From: Felis catus
Lineage: Eukaryota
DNA length: 64,000 nucleotides
NCBI RefSeq assembly: GCF_018350175.1
Contig: NC_058368.1
Span: forward strand, 233,928,001 to 233,992,000
Direction: 5' to 3'
In this document: piece after piece, positions 1-13,255 of the stretch
Layout of the letters: the number at the start of each line of letters is the position of its first letter
Position numbering within the stretch: the first letter of the stretch is position 1
Notes under the pieces: generated by a model
Database searches by the model: none
What the model was told of the DNA's origin: nothing
What the model saw: the letters and a program-made list of their open reading frames with translations, nothing else
Made by a program: the position numbers and the translations under genes

Positions 1-46
1 AATGATAAATCTCTATCACACATGCCCCGTACATTTAGGGTGGTCA

Positions 47-256
47 GGGGCGCCTGGGTGGCTCAGTCGGTTAAGTGACTGACTTCGGCTCAGGTCATGA
101 TCTCGCAGCTCATGAGTACGAGTCCTGCGTCGGGCTCTGTGCTGACAGCTCAGAGCCTGGAGCTTGCTTTGGATTCTGTGTCTCCCTCGCTCTCTGCCCC
201 TCCCCCACTCGTGCTCTATCTCTCTCACAAAAGTAAACATTACAAATAAATAAAAT
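47..256 (+). mobile_element. Can-SINE (SINEC_Fc-type)
   Basis: GGGGCGCCTGGGTGGCTCAGTCGGTTAAG head, (CT)n tract, A-rich tail. Confidence 0.95.
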
Positions 257-280
257 TAGGATCATCAGATCTGAGCAAGT

Positions 281-440
281 ATATATATTTATATATATAT
301 TATACATTACGTATTTATTATTTTACTACAATTAATAATCATTGACATAATTATTACTATAATTAATACAATTTATTATTATAATAAACACATAATTATT
401 TTATTATGATTATTATATTATTATAATGTATAGATATACA
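281..440. repeat. AT-rich low-complexity/(TA)n
   Basis: TATATA and TTA/TAA degenerate runs. Confidence 0.85.
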
Positions 441-554
441 TTAATAAAAATGTCGTGAGTACATTAATATTATTGTTGAGATGCGAATTCCTTAGGCAAG
501 ATTTTGTATATGTATATGCGTGTATATATATATATATATACACATATATTTACT

Positions 555-700
555 CCAACCAAATCCTGCAGACTCAGCCCCTGTCTTATACCAGGTGCTT
601 TTATATTCAATAAGGAAACAGAAGTGAACAGAATGGAAAAAAGAAATCCCTGAACTCATAGAACTTAAACTCTAAGGAGGGATTGCTGTTTTTATCCCCA
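555..700 (+). mobile_element. Probable L2 3' end fragment
   Basis: ...ataccaggtgct...aatccctgaactcatagaacttaaactcta resembles the L2 terminus. Confidence 0.45.
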
Positions 701-1254
701 GGATCAGGCCAACATGTAACTGGAACTGGGACCAAGTGTGAACAAGCCATGTCCTTTTGTGATTGAACTAAGGTGGAAGCCCTGTGCCCTGGCTTACCAA
801 CCCCAGGCCCGATCGGAATATCTTGCCCTCTGACACATGCAGCTTCACGAGCAGAAGAATCACGTTGTTCAGAAAATGTATAAAGATGATTGTCTCTAAT
901 CTCAGCGTTGAATTCCTCCAAATTCTGTATCTGTTAAACCTTCAGCAACGAAGACAAAGTTAAGAATCTCCCTTGTCCCCTAGAGATCGCGTGTACCACT
1001 GGTTGGCTTCTTGGTCTGGTGTGTGCCATGAAACTAGACAGAGGGAGGATGGCACCTCGGGGCTTCCGTGTACTTGGGTCATCATTCAGTGCTGGGTATC
1101 AGCTCCTGATGCGTAGGTCATGATGTAATCCTGCTTCAGTCTGGAAAGAAAAGGGAGCGGTCCAGCTTCAGATACAAGATCGAAAGCCCATCTGTTTCTC
1201 TTGTGTTTACTCCTAATAATAAGTCCATGAACTATCCATTCTTCAGTCTAAGAA

Positions 1255-1410
1255 CTCAGGATGGGCAATGTGGTAGAACAGAAACTTGTTTCACCACGTT
1301 AGCTCTATGTGAGTCAACTATGTACATTGAACCACAATTCTGTCATCTGTACGAAAACAAGAACAATAATATTACCTATCTCCAAATGCTAGTTTTAAAA
1401 TGCTGTTTTA
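1255..1410. mobile_element. MIR fragment
   Basis: ttctgtcatctgtacgaaaacaagaacaataatattacctatctc resembles the MIR core. Confidence 0.55.
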
Positions 1411-4400
1411 AAAGTGAGTAAGATCCCATATATACACATACTTTCTAATCTGTAAAACATTAATAAAAACATCATGAGTACATTAATATTATTGTTGAAA
1501 TGTGAATTCCTTGGGCAAGATTATTGGGCAGACTAAGATATTTTATAATTAGAAGGTATTTTGATTTAATGTTATCTTTCAGAAAAGAAATCTTTCAAAT
1601 AATTTTATTTCTAGTTGGTGTTTAGATAAGCTCGGTTGACCTTTTCCCAAATCTTGACAATTAGCTGGTGAAATGAGATATGCCTGGGGAGGAGAATACA
1701 TGGTGTACTTTACTGCCTTGATGAGACAAACAGGAAACCCGATACCAAATAGAAAGCGTGGAGGCAATTACACTTTGCAGAAGGTGTCAGCCCGATATTC
1801 GACCAGGCAGACATAACAATCTCGGGAACAAGTGGTATTTTGATATGCCACGAATCCTTTTATTTTTACCAGCAAAAGAGCTGAATTTGTTTTCACTGAG
1901 CACATTTCCTATTTCTCTAGAACAGTTGATTTTTTAATTGGGTTTTCCAAAATCATCAGGTTTGGGCTAGGCTTTGTCACGTTCGGCGTGTTCTGAGAGC
2001 TGTGACGGCTAAGTTAGAAATGATTTTGGTGGAGACGTGTGTTGTATTTTTGTGAACACAGCTGGCTTTTGCTACCACCTGAAAGGAGTCGAAAGGTTGG
2101 ATGGGCAGCAGATAGAAGATCCAGGGGGCAATGACCAGGAGAAAAAGAGAATGTCTAACTACACAAAGTTGTTCGTGCCTAGAGAGACAGTGATTCTGGC
2201 CGGCTTTTGTAAGGCACAGTGTTGGTCTTTGTTGGTAGGGTCTTCAACGTTTTCTTTTAAAAGGTTGACACCCTTTCTTCATGAGACATGGATGAAACTT
2301 CCATTTGTCTGATCAAGTGATCCTGATTTGTTTCCTAAGAAAAATTAAAAATTGGGTTGGGCAAGATGACTTTAGAAAATGCTTCACTGGTTATAGATGA
2401 CACCAAGAGATCAGAGAACTAGAAACCCCAGGAATAATCCCTGGAAGATGGAAGGCTTATATGCTGTGGAGAAAAGATTTAGAAATATCTGCTCTGAAAA
2501 GGTACTGCATGGCCTATATGATTTCCTGGCTGCAAAGATTTCATTTAAGATTCTAGGACCCCAGGAAAAGTGTCACAGAGGGGAAATTAGACCATGGGAG
2601 ACAGGACTTGGGCACAACCTGCAGATGCCCTATAACCACCTGAGAGCTCTGAGAAGGTGGTTCCTCCAAACCCAGGGCTGGGATCCCTCAAAGGGTGTTG
2701 TTCTGTTCCCTTAGGCACCCTGACCATTCTGGAGAACCCTCTGGTGGCTCTGGGATCGATGTGTCACCGGGTGCTGAGTGGCTCTCCCAGGGAAGTTCCA
2801 CTGGAGCAGACCCCCAGTCTTCCCCAAAGCGGGGTCACACCTCTCAGGGCTCCAGAAATACCCTGGCTGGATGTGGAAGAAGGGTCCACATTGGTGAGTT
2901 TGGCCCTAGAGCACAACTCAAGAGAGCTGTCTTCCCCGCACTGCATGATCGGATTTCCCCATCGGGCGGAGCTGGTTTTACCTTTTACCTTTCTTAGATT
3001 AAAATGTTCCGAAGTCTAAGAGCCCACTGAGCAGCATGCATCGTTATCAGGGAAGGAAATGGTACCCAGGGAAAAATTAATTTAAAAGGAATTATCCTTA
3101 CTACTGGAAGAAGACATTGGGAGGTGGGCGGGGAGGAGATTAGAGGGACTTGAGCTTTAACTGAAGCTCTCCAGACTTAATACTTTAAAATGCCTTTAAT
3201 GCTGATTACAAAGGGAAATACAAAATTGCCCTGGGCTTTCCTTTTAAGATTTAGCCCTTAGCAGACAAAATCTCTGAGGCAACTATTAACACTCCTTTAA
3301 CAGGTCAGCAAAACTCTCTACTGCATCATCCGCTGGGACTGCCGACCTTTGGTTTTTACAAACAACACTCTCGATGATACCGTGATCCTGGATTCTCTAT
3401 TTCCCCGCACTCAGAAATGGATTCTGATAGAGTTCTGCCCACCCTACGGTTAGCCTTGTTTTTGACTCCTCTCATACCATGAGCTAAGTCATGTTCTCTG
3501 CATTTGTGAATCAATAAGATAAAAAGAACACGTATTCAACTAGTTTTAAAAATGTACTCAATGCGATTTTCATGAAATTCACTCAACGTTATTTTTATGA
3601 CACTCACCTAGCCTAACGTTCAAGATGATGGGTAGATTGAAATCAATGTATTCCCACTAAATCCTACTATGAATATTTTAAAACAAATCTTTGTCCCTTA
3701 GTGATTCCTATTTCAAAAAAGGAGGCTTGTCTAAATGTGGAGAAGTAAGGTGGACGGTGGGTGTGAAATAGCAGTGTCCTTGAGGCCTTGTGGAGCACCT
3801 TGGGTTTTTAAGATATCTCAGTTTGACTTCGTTGCATCAAGAGAAATATGCCTGGACGCACATTACGTGAGGCTACCTTTCCAGTTATTGATGTGTCACA
3901 GGCATGGAGACTCAGTGACTCGGGAGAGAAGGTAGGAGCTGAGGGAGATCTTGATGCGGAGAATTTAGGGGCAAGGCAGATTTCCCCTTCCCTTGTCCCA
4001 AGCTTGCGTTCTTAATGAACTGTGATCAGTATTGGCCCAAAGTATTGATTTTCCCATCTCCCGTTTCTATCATCCATCCATTGGAAAATAGTTGCTGCAG
4101 GCACCTGTCACAGAAACAGCCCATGTGCCTCCTAATCGTGGGCCTTTGGCTTTCCTCTCCCATAACGAGAACTGTAGCTTATCTCTGCCTTTCCAGAGGC
4201 AAACATTTCACTTCTGTCTGAGCAAACTTCAGATTAGTATTATATGAAAGCAATAGGGGATGACTAATTTTGGGGATTAATTGCAGAATCCTAAGACCGA
4301 TTCTTAACAATTCTTTGTTCTTCCCTGAGAGCAGCTACTAACAGCAGGCAGGAGGAAGTCAGGCAAACGGGAGTAAATAGCCAAAATAGTTTACGTGTTG

Positions 4401-5524
4401 AGGTGGAATCTTTGTAGGCAGATGTGTTTCCCCTTCATGCATAGATCTTGACGGTGACAGTTGTGCTGCGATGCATCATCACGCCGCGCTGTGTTCTCTA
4501 CTGATCTGATTCTCTGCTTCTATCTAGGAAATAAAAGAAAATGATGACCACTTCGTTCCCCGCTCGCCACAGGTCCACATGCTCACTGTGCCGCAACAGC
4601 AAAATGGGTAACCAGATAAATATCGTTTTTGATCTGCTAACAGGATAATACAGTTAACCAAATTACGTAATGCCATAGGAAAGATAAAAATTTAGCCTGG
4701 GTTTCAGGAAATGTTTCCTGATTATAGGAAATATTTGATTAATAGAAAGGCTCTCAGCAGGAGGGATGGGAGTTCTACCACTCTGAACATTTCAAATTAG
4801 ATCATGGCCAGAGAAATGGAAGCCGAGTTTTTGTTTATATCTGCGTATCTCCTGGATTTTCCTTTCTCCAGACCACCCGGTATATGAGCGAGAATATTCT
4901 CTTTTAACTCTGGACAACGCTGTACGGAAAACAAGTTATTGATGGCCATGTTCTCCCAGTATGAATTGCACATTCCGATTTCTGAACAAAAGTCATCTTC
5001 ACGACAGCGTTGGGAACGAATGCTTTGACACAATTTGGGTAGTACAAAAAAGACAAACACCTCTGTACCTTAAGGTTTCCTCTTATACGTTTTACATCTG
5101 TTCTTTGTGGCTCTGAAGTTGATCTCTGAGGCAAGACTTCTTCTTCTTAGCACGTCTCTTTGTCAACTCCTGGAAGTGCACAAGTAATCACTCAAAACAT
5201 TTTTAAAAGATGTATTCACGTACTGGACACATCTGATGTGAGGCCCTTATGCTGTGCTGTGTGGTGCTTTCTAAAAGGCCCATTGGGCCGTGGCAGTCTC
5301 CTCATTGAGATGGGTGGGATGGCCCATTTGTTTCAATCTCTACTCAGATCATATGCAAGCTGTTGAAGATATTCTTAGGTTGAAAGAGTTACTCAACACA
5401 GACATGCAAAATAAAAAGTTAGAACCCCCCTCCCGCTCTTCCCCAACAATCCAGATTAGTTCATATCATTTCAGAACCTATTATTTCACTGCTTTATACC
5501 CATGTGCACCCATGCAGCATGTTT

Positions 5525-5975
5525 TTTTAAAATTCCAGTATGGCTAACATAGAGTGTTATATTAGTTTCAGGTGTACGCTATAAATTTTTTTTAATGCTT
5601 ATTTATTTTTGAAGGAGAGAGAGACAGAGTGTGAGTGGGGGAGGGGCCGAGAGAGAGGGAGACACAGAATCCCAAGCAGGCTCCAGGCTCTGAGCTGTCA
5701 ACGCAGAGCCCGACGCAAGGCTTGAACTCACGAACGGTGAGATCATGACCTGAGCTGAAGTTGGATGCCTAACTGATGGAGCCACCCAGGCACCCTTGAT
5801 TCAACAATTCAATACACCACCCAGTGCTCGTCAAGGTAAGTGCAAGCAATCCCGGTCGCCTGTCGCACCCCCCCCCCCTCCCCCTGCCGACCTCCCCTCT
5901 GGTGACCATGAGTGCCTTCTCTGTAGTGAAGAGTCTGTTTCTTGGTTTGGTGCTTTTTTTCTTTGTTTCACACAC
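5525..5975 (-). mobile_element. Carnivore L1 3' UTR fragment interrupted by a SINE
   Basis: gttatattagtttcaggtgtac...gattcaacaattc...cacccagtgctc, C-rich tract, ctggtgacc (antisense L1_Carn 3' end). Confidence 0.8.
5586..5795 (-). mobile_element. Can-SINE
   Basis: antisense: poly-T, (GA)n, ...gagccacccaggcaccc. Confidence 0.95.
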
Positions 5976-6462
5976 AATACGTTTTTAACTTAAATGAAAC
6001 CATCCTATTTTTATTGTTTCGTAATGTGTTGTTTTTGATTAATAGCGTATCTTGGAGCTCTTTCTCAGGGTAAAGTATACGGATCTATGTCATTCATTTA
6101 AAAAAACTATATAGTACTCACAGTAATGGCATTACTTACATAGTAATTCTTAAATTAAGAAATGTTATTTCTAATTTTTCACTTAAAAGAATGCTATAAT
6201 AAATACATATATATGTGTGTATATATATATAGTGCATGAATACAAACACTTAATAACATTACAGGCAGACATTGTTCTTCACGCTTTGAAAATTTTACTT
6301 AATTTAATCCTCACATCTTTAAGAGGCTGACACTATCATCTCCATTTGAAGGTGAGGAGACTAAAGCAGAGGGCACATGCTGCTCTTGAGATTGGCACAT
6401 TTTTCTCCACTAAATGTTCTAATTGGTCTTTACTGGCTTATTAAAAAAAACCTTGATTTTTA

Positions 6463-6646
6463 GGGGCACCTGGGTGGCTTAGTCGGCTAAGCGTCCGACT
6501 CTTGGGTTCAGCTCAGGTCACGATCTCACAGCATCATGGGTTCGGGCTCTATGCTGACAGGGCGGAGCCTGCTTGGGATTCTGTCTCCCTCTCTCTCTGC
6601 CCCTCCCCCACTCATGCTGTCTCTCTGAAAATAAATAAACTTTAAA
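6463..6646 (+). mobile_element. Can-SINE
   Basis: GGGGCACCTGGGTGGCTTAG head, CT tract, AATAAA tail, TTGATTTT flanking repeat. Confidence 0.93.
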
Positions 6647-7006
6647 ATTTTGATTTTCAGCCTTTTAATCTTTGCACTGAATTTGCTCATAGGATTCAAG
6701 TCTCAATTGACTGCATTGACTTTTTAAAACAGTTCTATCGAGTTGTAATTTACAGACCATAAAATTCACCTGCTTTTAATATATAGTTCATGACTTTTAG
6801 CAAATTTGCCAAGGTGTACAACTGGGAGCATAAGCCAGTTTTAGAAAATTCTCATCCCTCTGACTAGCTCCCTCATGTGTGTTTGTGGTTAACCTCCATT
6901 CCTGCCTCCCACCTTTGGCAATCAACAAAGCATTTTCTGTCCCTGTAGATTTTCCTTTTCTGGATATTTCATTGACTTTTTAACTTTTTAAATATATTTT
7001 GACAAG

Positions 7007-7195
7007 TTTTTATTTATTTATTTTGAGAGGCAGAGAGAGCGCACGCAGGGGACGGGCAGAGAGAGAGAATCCCAAGCAGGATCTGTGCTGTCAGCACAGA
7101 GCCCAATGCAGGGCTATAACTCACGACCATGAGATCATGACCTGAGCCGAAATCCAGAGTCGGATGCTTAACTGACTGAGCCACCCAGGCGCCCC
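7007..7195 (-). mobile_element. Can-SINE
   Basis: antisense, ends gagccacccaggcgcccc. Confidence 0.93.
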
Positions 7196-7745
7196 TGGAA
7201 TTTACCCTAGGGATACAAGGGTGCTGATGTATAAGGGCACTTGTACCCCAATGTTTATAGCAGTGCTTTCAACAACGGCCAAATTATAGAAAGAGCCTAA
7301 ATGTCCATCAACTGATGAATGGGTAAAGAAGATGTGGTTTATGCATACAATGGGAGAGTACTTGGCAATGAGAAAGAATGAAATCTGGCCATTTGCAGCA
7401 ACGTGGGTGGAACTGGAGGGTATTATGCTAAGTGAAATAAGTCAGGCAGAGAAAGACAGATACCGTATGTTTTGACTCCAGTGTGGAGCTTGAGAAACCT
7501 AACAGAAGACCATGGGAGAGGGGAAGGGGAAAAAAAGTTACACAGAGGGAGGGAGGCAAACCATAAGAGACTCTTAAATATTGAGAACAAACGGAGGGTA
7601 GAGAGGGGTGGGGGAGAGGGGAAAGTGGGTGATGGGCATTGAGGAGGGCACTTGCTGGGATGAGCACTGGGTGTTGTATGGAAACCAATTTGACAATAAA
7701 TTATATTTTTAAAAAAGCAAAAAAAAAATTAAAAAAATAAAGAGT
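7196..7745 (+). mobile_element. 5'-truncated felid L1 (ORF2 C-terminus, 3' UTR, polyA)
   Basis: ggaatttaccctagggatac...gcctaaatgtccatcaactgatgaatgg...ggaaaccaatttgacaataaa followed by an A-tail. Confidence 0.93.
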
Positions 7746-8330
7746 TTTAAAAAGAAAACAAATATTCATACAATATGTGGTCTTTTGTGCCTGGCTTCCT
7801 TTATTCGGTGTTGTGTTTGTAAGGTTCATCCATGTCGTAGCATGTGTAAATATTTTTGTTTCCTTTTATTACTGAATATTACTCAATTGCATGGGTGAAT
7901 TTTATTTATCCATTCCCTAGTTAATGAACTTTGGGGTTTGCCTACATTTTGCTTATTATAAATGATGTTGCTATCAACATTATTATGGAAGTCTTTGTGT
8001 GGACATAATGTTTTCATCACTTTTGGGTGGGTCACTAGGAGTCAAAGTACTAGGCCACATGGTAAATTTATATTTAACTTCTTAAGACACGACCAGACTA
8101 TTTTCCAAAAAGCTATATGGTTCTACATTTCCACTAACAATACGTTTCCACTAACAATGACTAGAGTTGATAACACTGTATAATCGAGATTTGCTAAAAG
8201 ATAGAAGTAAAGTGTTCTCACCAGAAGGAGGAGGAGGGGTGGAGGACGGGGGAGAGGGAAACGAAGGAGAGGAGGAGTGATTTTTCTGTGGTCTTAGTCT
8301 GTGCATGACGGAGTTAAGAATCACACTCAA

Positions 8331-8545
8331 GGGGCGCCTGGGTGGCACAGTCGGTTAAGTGTCCGACTTCAGCCAGGTCATGATCTTGCGGTCCGGGAGT
8401 TCGAGCCCCGCGTCAGGCTCTGGGCTGATGGCTCAGAGCCTGGAGCCTGTTTCCGATTCTGTGTCTCCCTCTCTCTCTGCCCCTCCCCTGTTCATGCTCT
8501 GTCTCTCTCTGTCCCAAAAATAAATAAACGTTGAAAAAAAAAAAA
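8331..8545 (+). mobile_element. Young Can-SINE (SINEC_Fc)
   Basis: full length, perfect 15-bp TSD AAGAATCACACTCAA (8316-8330/8546-8560). Confidence 0.97.
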
Positions 8546-8587
8546 AAGAATCACACTCAAATCTTTCTGAGTCCAAACCTCATCCTC

Positions 8588-8776
8588 TTTTTTATTGAAA
8601 TGCTTATTTATTTTGAGAGAGAGAGCAGAGAGACCCTGAGAGAGAGAGAATCCCAAGCAGGCTCTGCGCTGTGAGTGCAGAGCCCAACGCAGGGCTCCAT
8701 TTCACAAACGTGAGATCGTGACCTGAGCTGAGATCAAAAGTCAGATGCTTAACCGACTGAGCCACCCGGGCGCCCC
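8588..8776 (-). mobile_element. Can-SINE
   Basis: antisense head gagccacccgggcgcccc, (GA)n. Confidence 0.92.
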
Positions 8777-10439
8777 TCTGCAAACCCCAAACTCTTAACT
8801 ATGATAAAAATCAGTAACTTAAAGATAATTATCACTGATTTTCTTGGTGACAAAGTCTCTGTTTCTAATTATCTATTTTTTCAAAAAAAAAATCCTGAAT
8901 TATATATGTATAAAGTTGTTAGCTTTTTTTTTTTTTCTTGGTTGTTGTTAGTGGAAGGAAGACAAGACATGATGAAGGAAAGAGAAAACGAAGAAAGACA
9001 CTATGGAAAGAACCCACGCAGTGACAGCAGGTCAGGTACTTCTCCCAGTTCCTGCTGGTCCCACTGCATGAACCATCATACTCCCACTTCCCTCTTGGGT
9101 ACATCATGTTATCTCCTCAAGACCGAATCCATGAATGTCACCCAAGAAGACGGCAGAGTGACTGACTTCCCACCCATGGTTGATGCGAGAAGGGGGGATT
9201 ATATAACCTAAAATCCAGTGACGACGTCCCCCGTTTCCCACCTTGTACATCCCTCTGGAGACAGTTGTCATCTATTGGCCACTTCCCAGTCCTCTCCCAC
9301 TCAACTCCATCATATGTCTTGGCCACGGGGACGTTGGGGATTGCTCCCAGCCGTTCTCTGGGTGCTGCTCCCCTAGCATATGAGGCTATGCACACGCCAG
9401 GGGTCTACACCCATGACTGATCTCTCAGATGACCACAGATGCCCCTTTGCTCCGGCAGTGATGTGCAAGGTTAACAGAATGAAGAAGGGGGATGTGATTC
9501 TGTCTCCACCCTAGGACCCTCCTCTGTTGCTCAGGCTCACCTGGCTTATTTGCACTCTCAGAGAGAAAACACACTTCTCCTTTCCCTCGACAGACCCACT
9601 TTATCCTGACACTCCCAGGGCATGCCCATCCCCCCCCCCTTTAGAAGTGACAGAGTAGTTGGTGGATCACTTTAGAAATGGATTGAAATGAACTCAAATG
9701 GAAGTTTCACCATATATACTTATATACTAAGCTGAACCGTAGTACAGGTATCACGTATAGGACAAAGTAGGGGTGGTTAGCAGGGAATTTCCAATAGCAG
9801 GGTTTCAACCTGAAAACCAAACTCATCTTATCGACATCCATGTCTGGTATATATTTCGTTGAGATCCAATACTGATAGAGAATTACCTTCCTCAATCCCA
9901 GCAGTAGCTGACATGCTTAACATACTTTGTTTTCTGAATGCACGAAATAATTCAGACATTCCTCAGTCTTATTGAACGATAACCCAAAGTTGGAAATTTA
10001 CTCAGAGCCTAAGGCCCCCCCGATTCTATCCCATGCAGACACAGCAGGATGGAATCCCTAACTTGTATCACCGCAAGTCTTTTTCTAAAAAGCCGAAGCA
10101 CTCGATCCAGCCGATGATTCTAGGTGTTGATTTATGAACATCTCTAAGTAAAACACCAGCTTCACAAAGGGTTTCCGTAAGATGTGCTTCACTTTAAACA
10201 CGTCTGGAAGAATCCGTATGTGCAAATGCGCAGAGTGGCAGAATAGAATGGAGTTTCTAATAGTAACACAGATCATTTGCTTAAACTGACTCTAAGGTGA
10301 ACAAATGGTTTTCAGCACGCTTACTTAAAGTACATGTTGCTTTTCTCTGCATCTCTTGGAATTTTAGCAAAAATGCCAAGGATTCCCTTAAGGAAAATAC
10401 ATGTCTGGAGCATAGCAGATGAAAAGAGGATGGCTTTTA

Positions 10440-10672
10440 TTTATTTATTTTTTTTAAATTTTTTTTTTAACGTTTTTATTTATTTTTGAGACAGAGAGAG
10501 ACAGAGCATGAACAGGGGAGGGGCAGAGAGAGAGGGAGACACAGAATCGGAAGCAGGCTCCAGGCTCCGAGCCATCAGTCCAGAGCCCGACGCGGGGCTC
10601 GAACTCACAGACTGCGAGATCGTGACCTGGCTGAAGTCAGACGCTTAACCGACTGCGCCACCCAGGCGCCCC
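10440..10672 (-). mobile_element. Young Can-SINE (SINEC_Fc)
   Basis: perfect TSD GAGGATGGCTTTTA (10426-10439/10673-10686). Confidence 0.97.
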
Positions 10673-11084
10673 GAGGATGGCTTTTAGAACAGACAGCCTC
10701 CACGTCTCTGTTCCTGTAAGTTTTTTTTTTTTTAAAGCAAACAATGTTAAATAAACCAAAATAATGGCCAGGAAGAAACCAGAGAAGGCAGTTGGAGATA
10801 TGCTGTTGCATTTTTCCTCCACTTTCCAAGTCCCACTGGTGAAGAAACATGTAGCTGTTGGAAATCCTGCCGTTTCTGGTGTTTTTTCAACCACGTGTTC
10901 TTTGGCTCTTACTTGACATTCCCTGGTGAAATGTAAGGGAATATCTTCTTTTCAGTCACTTATATTTTGGATACCATGTATGTTTGGGATAAGAGTTCTC
11001 AGTTTGACCTCAAAAAGTAATCTGTTTCCTCTTTCTAAAAAGCGGGACAATAAAAAGATGCTTCCATTAGAAAAGAAATCTTAA

Positions 11085-11280
11085 GGGGCGCCTGGGTGGC
11101 TCAGGTCACGATCTCACGGTTCGTGGGTTCAAAACCCGCATCGGGGTCTGTGCTGGCAGCTCAGGGCCTGGAACCTGCTTTCGATTCTGTGTTTCCCTCT
11201 CTCTCTGCTCCTCCCCACTCACATTCTGTCTCCCTCTCTCTCTCAAAAATAAATAAACATTTAAAAAATTTTAAAAAATT
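11085..11280 (+). mobile_element. Can-SINE with internal deletion
   Basis: TSD AAAAGAAATCTTAA (11071-11084/11281-11294); head lacks ~27 nt. Confidence 0.95.
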
Positions 11281-13255
11281 AAAAGAAATCTTAAGCAAAA
11301 TATTCAACATGTACTTTTCTAATTCATATTAATTTTCAAAACTCATTTGAAGTAAAGTGAGTAAAGTGTTAAATTAACTTATGGTAGTATGGAATAAGAG
11401 ATACCGAGGGATTTAAATGATGTAGTATCTAGTTCCCAGGAACTCCTATGGAAGCAGGGCTCGTCATGTCATATGCTAGAGTCAGCATTTTCTGAGCAAT
11501 TTTTCAATTTTGAGGGCAGCTCCAGGGGCGTCTTTTGGGCGGCCCAAGTACTTCTGTTTCCAGAGGCCCCCTTCATTGACACAGCAATAGAGCCGGATGC
11601 AGTTGGGAGAGAATGATCGATAGGGGGGTTAGACGTGGACCCCCGCCCGGCACACAGACACCCTGCTCAAATGGGATGATCTGTCCAAAGAGGTGCTCTC
11701 ATTAAAGTGTGGGTGTGTGTTGGTGACAGTGGTGGTTGGGGACAGAAGGGCAGTGGCCCACCCACCCTTTAAGAGTCATCTTCATAGATCTTGGTAGTGC
11801 TCAGCCATCCTGAAATCCACTTCCTGAGCATATGGCACCAGGAGGTAGCTGTCATCGCTTGTATGACAGCGTGTCTTTAAGATGATCTAGCCTCTTATTT
11901 GCCTCAATTTCGGGCTCCCCAAACATCATCAGCTTGATTCTTTTAGTGACACGTGTGCTCGGGAGAGAACACACAGATCCCTTGATAAAAACAATTTGGT
12001 CAGTACTTCCCACGGTAAGTTAACAAACAGGCATTTTATTTACCAGGTAGGCTCTTTGGATACTGAGATATGGGCGTGTGATGCTTGATCCAGCCTTTTA
12101 TGAATTTTGCTGAAGTTTTTGAACGTGTGGAGCTGACATCCTATCTCCACACAAAGGATCACAAACTTGTTCGTACAGGATCAGGCGGTGGAGTGACTAA
12201 CAAAGGGACAGTTTGGGGACCACAGCAGAATGACCCTGTTGGGCTTAAGCCAGTGACAATCACATAGAAAGGTGAGAACCCCCGAGATCAGATCTTGTTT
12301 TCCAAAAGGAGATAAATACCCAGATTTTTTGTGGGAATACTACTGATATTTGTTAGCACGTATGTTCTATAACAACCAACTGGGACAAACGAAAGTGAAA
12401 CGTGCTTGGAAGTCAGACCTGACCTGCGGACAGCTGGGAGTGACTTCTGCCCCTGGCCCTGTTCTAAAAGGAGGCCGTCCTGACTGGAGTTCTGGAAGTT
12501 TCCTTTACTTGCCACCACCGTGCGCCTAATCTGAAAATGACCAACGAGTCTCACAAATTTAGGTGACATCGTACAGTTCAGTCAGTTCCACATCTTTCGT
12601 CTTAGGTAAGTTAACAGACGGTGTTCAATAAATCACGATGGTAACAATTACAAATTATATTCCTTCGGCTCACACACGCAGCGTTATAATTCTGTATTCG
12701 CAGGCACACGGCTGTGGGAGTCTATCTGTCCGAGGAAGAGGGGTTCCTCCTGCTTTGCCGTTTCTAACTAGAAATCTTAAGATACAAAGGTCTGCAGGGA
12801 CTTGGGTAGACAAAGATTCTCCCCGGTACATGCCATTTGAGCTGATATTTTTAGACTTCCCACAGTCTTCTTTCTTCTATCCCAGCATGTAAAAAGGCAG
12901 ATGAATTCTGTTCCTTCAAAAATTGAGTGGATGTTTCAAAAGAAACGTCTATGGCAATGCCATTGTGATGCTCTCCATGGTTCATTGTTTCTTATGCCTG
13001 GGGAGCATTTCATTGATCTTATCAATTAACCTCTCCATGGGTGTGTGTTCTTGCTGATTTGTTTGATCTGGAATAATAGTTGGGCCCTTATCCATCGCCT
13101 GGATCATTCACTGTCTCATCTGTGTTTTCTGTTTCATCTCATGTCCAAACATTGCTTCTTTTTTACTTGATGTGCGATAAAAATATAAAAGAATATCAAC
13201 AAAATCAGTTTCTTGTCGAAATCACAAAATGAAGCAGAATGGGGGGGGTTTCTGC

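Larger units (their letters stand above)
6725..8150 (-). mobile_element. Old L1M 3' fragment (interrupted at ~6975-7760)
   Basis: taatttacagaccataaaattcacc...ctggatatttcat // catacaatatgtggtcttttgtg...aggttcatccatgt, typical antisense L1MB-like 3' end. Confidence 0.75.

Noticed and set aside
4855..5040. Possible acceptor (tttcctttctccag) and exon
   Set aside because: All three frames hit stops quickly and there is no recognisable product.
12014..12619. GGTAAGTTAACARAC repeated ~590 bp apart
   Set aside because: Only 14/15 bp, with no element structure between; plausibly chance.
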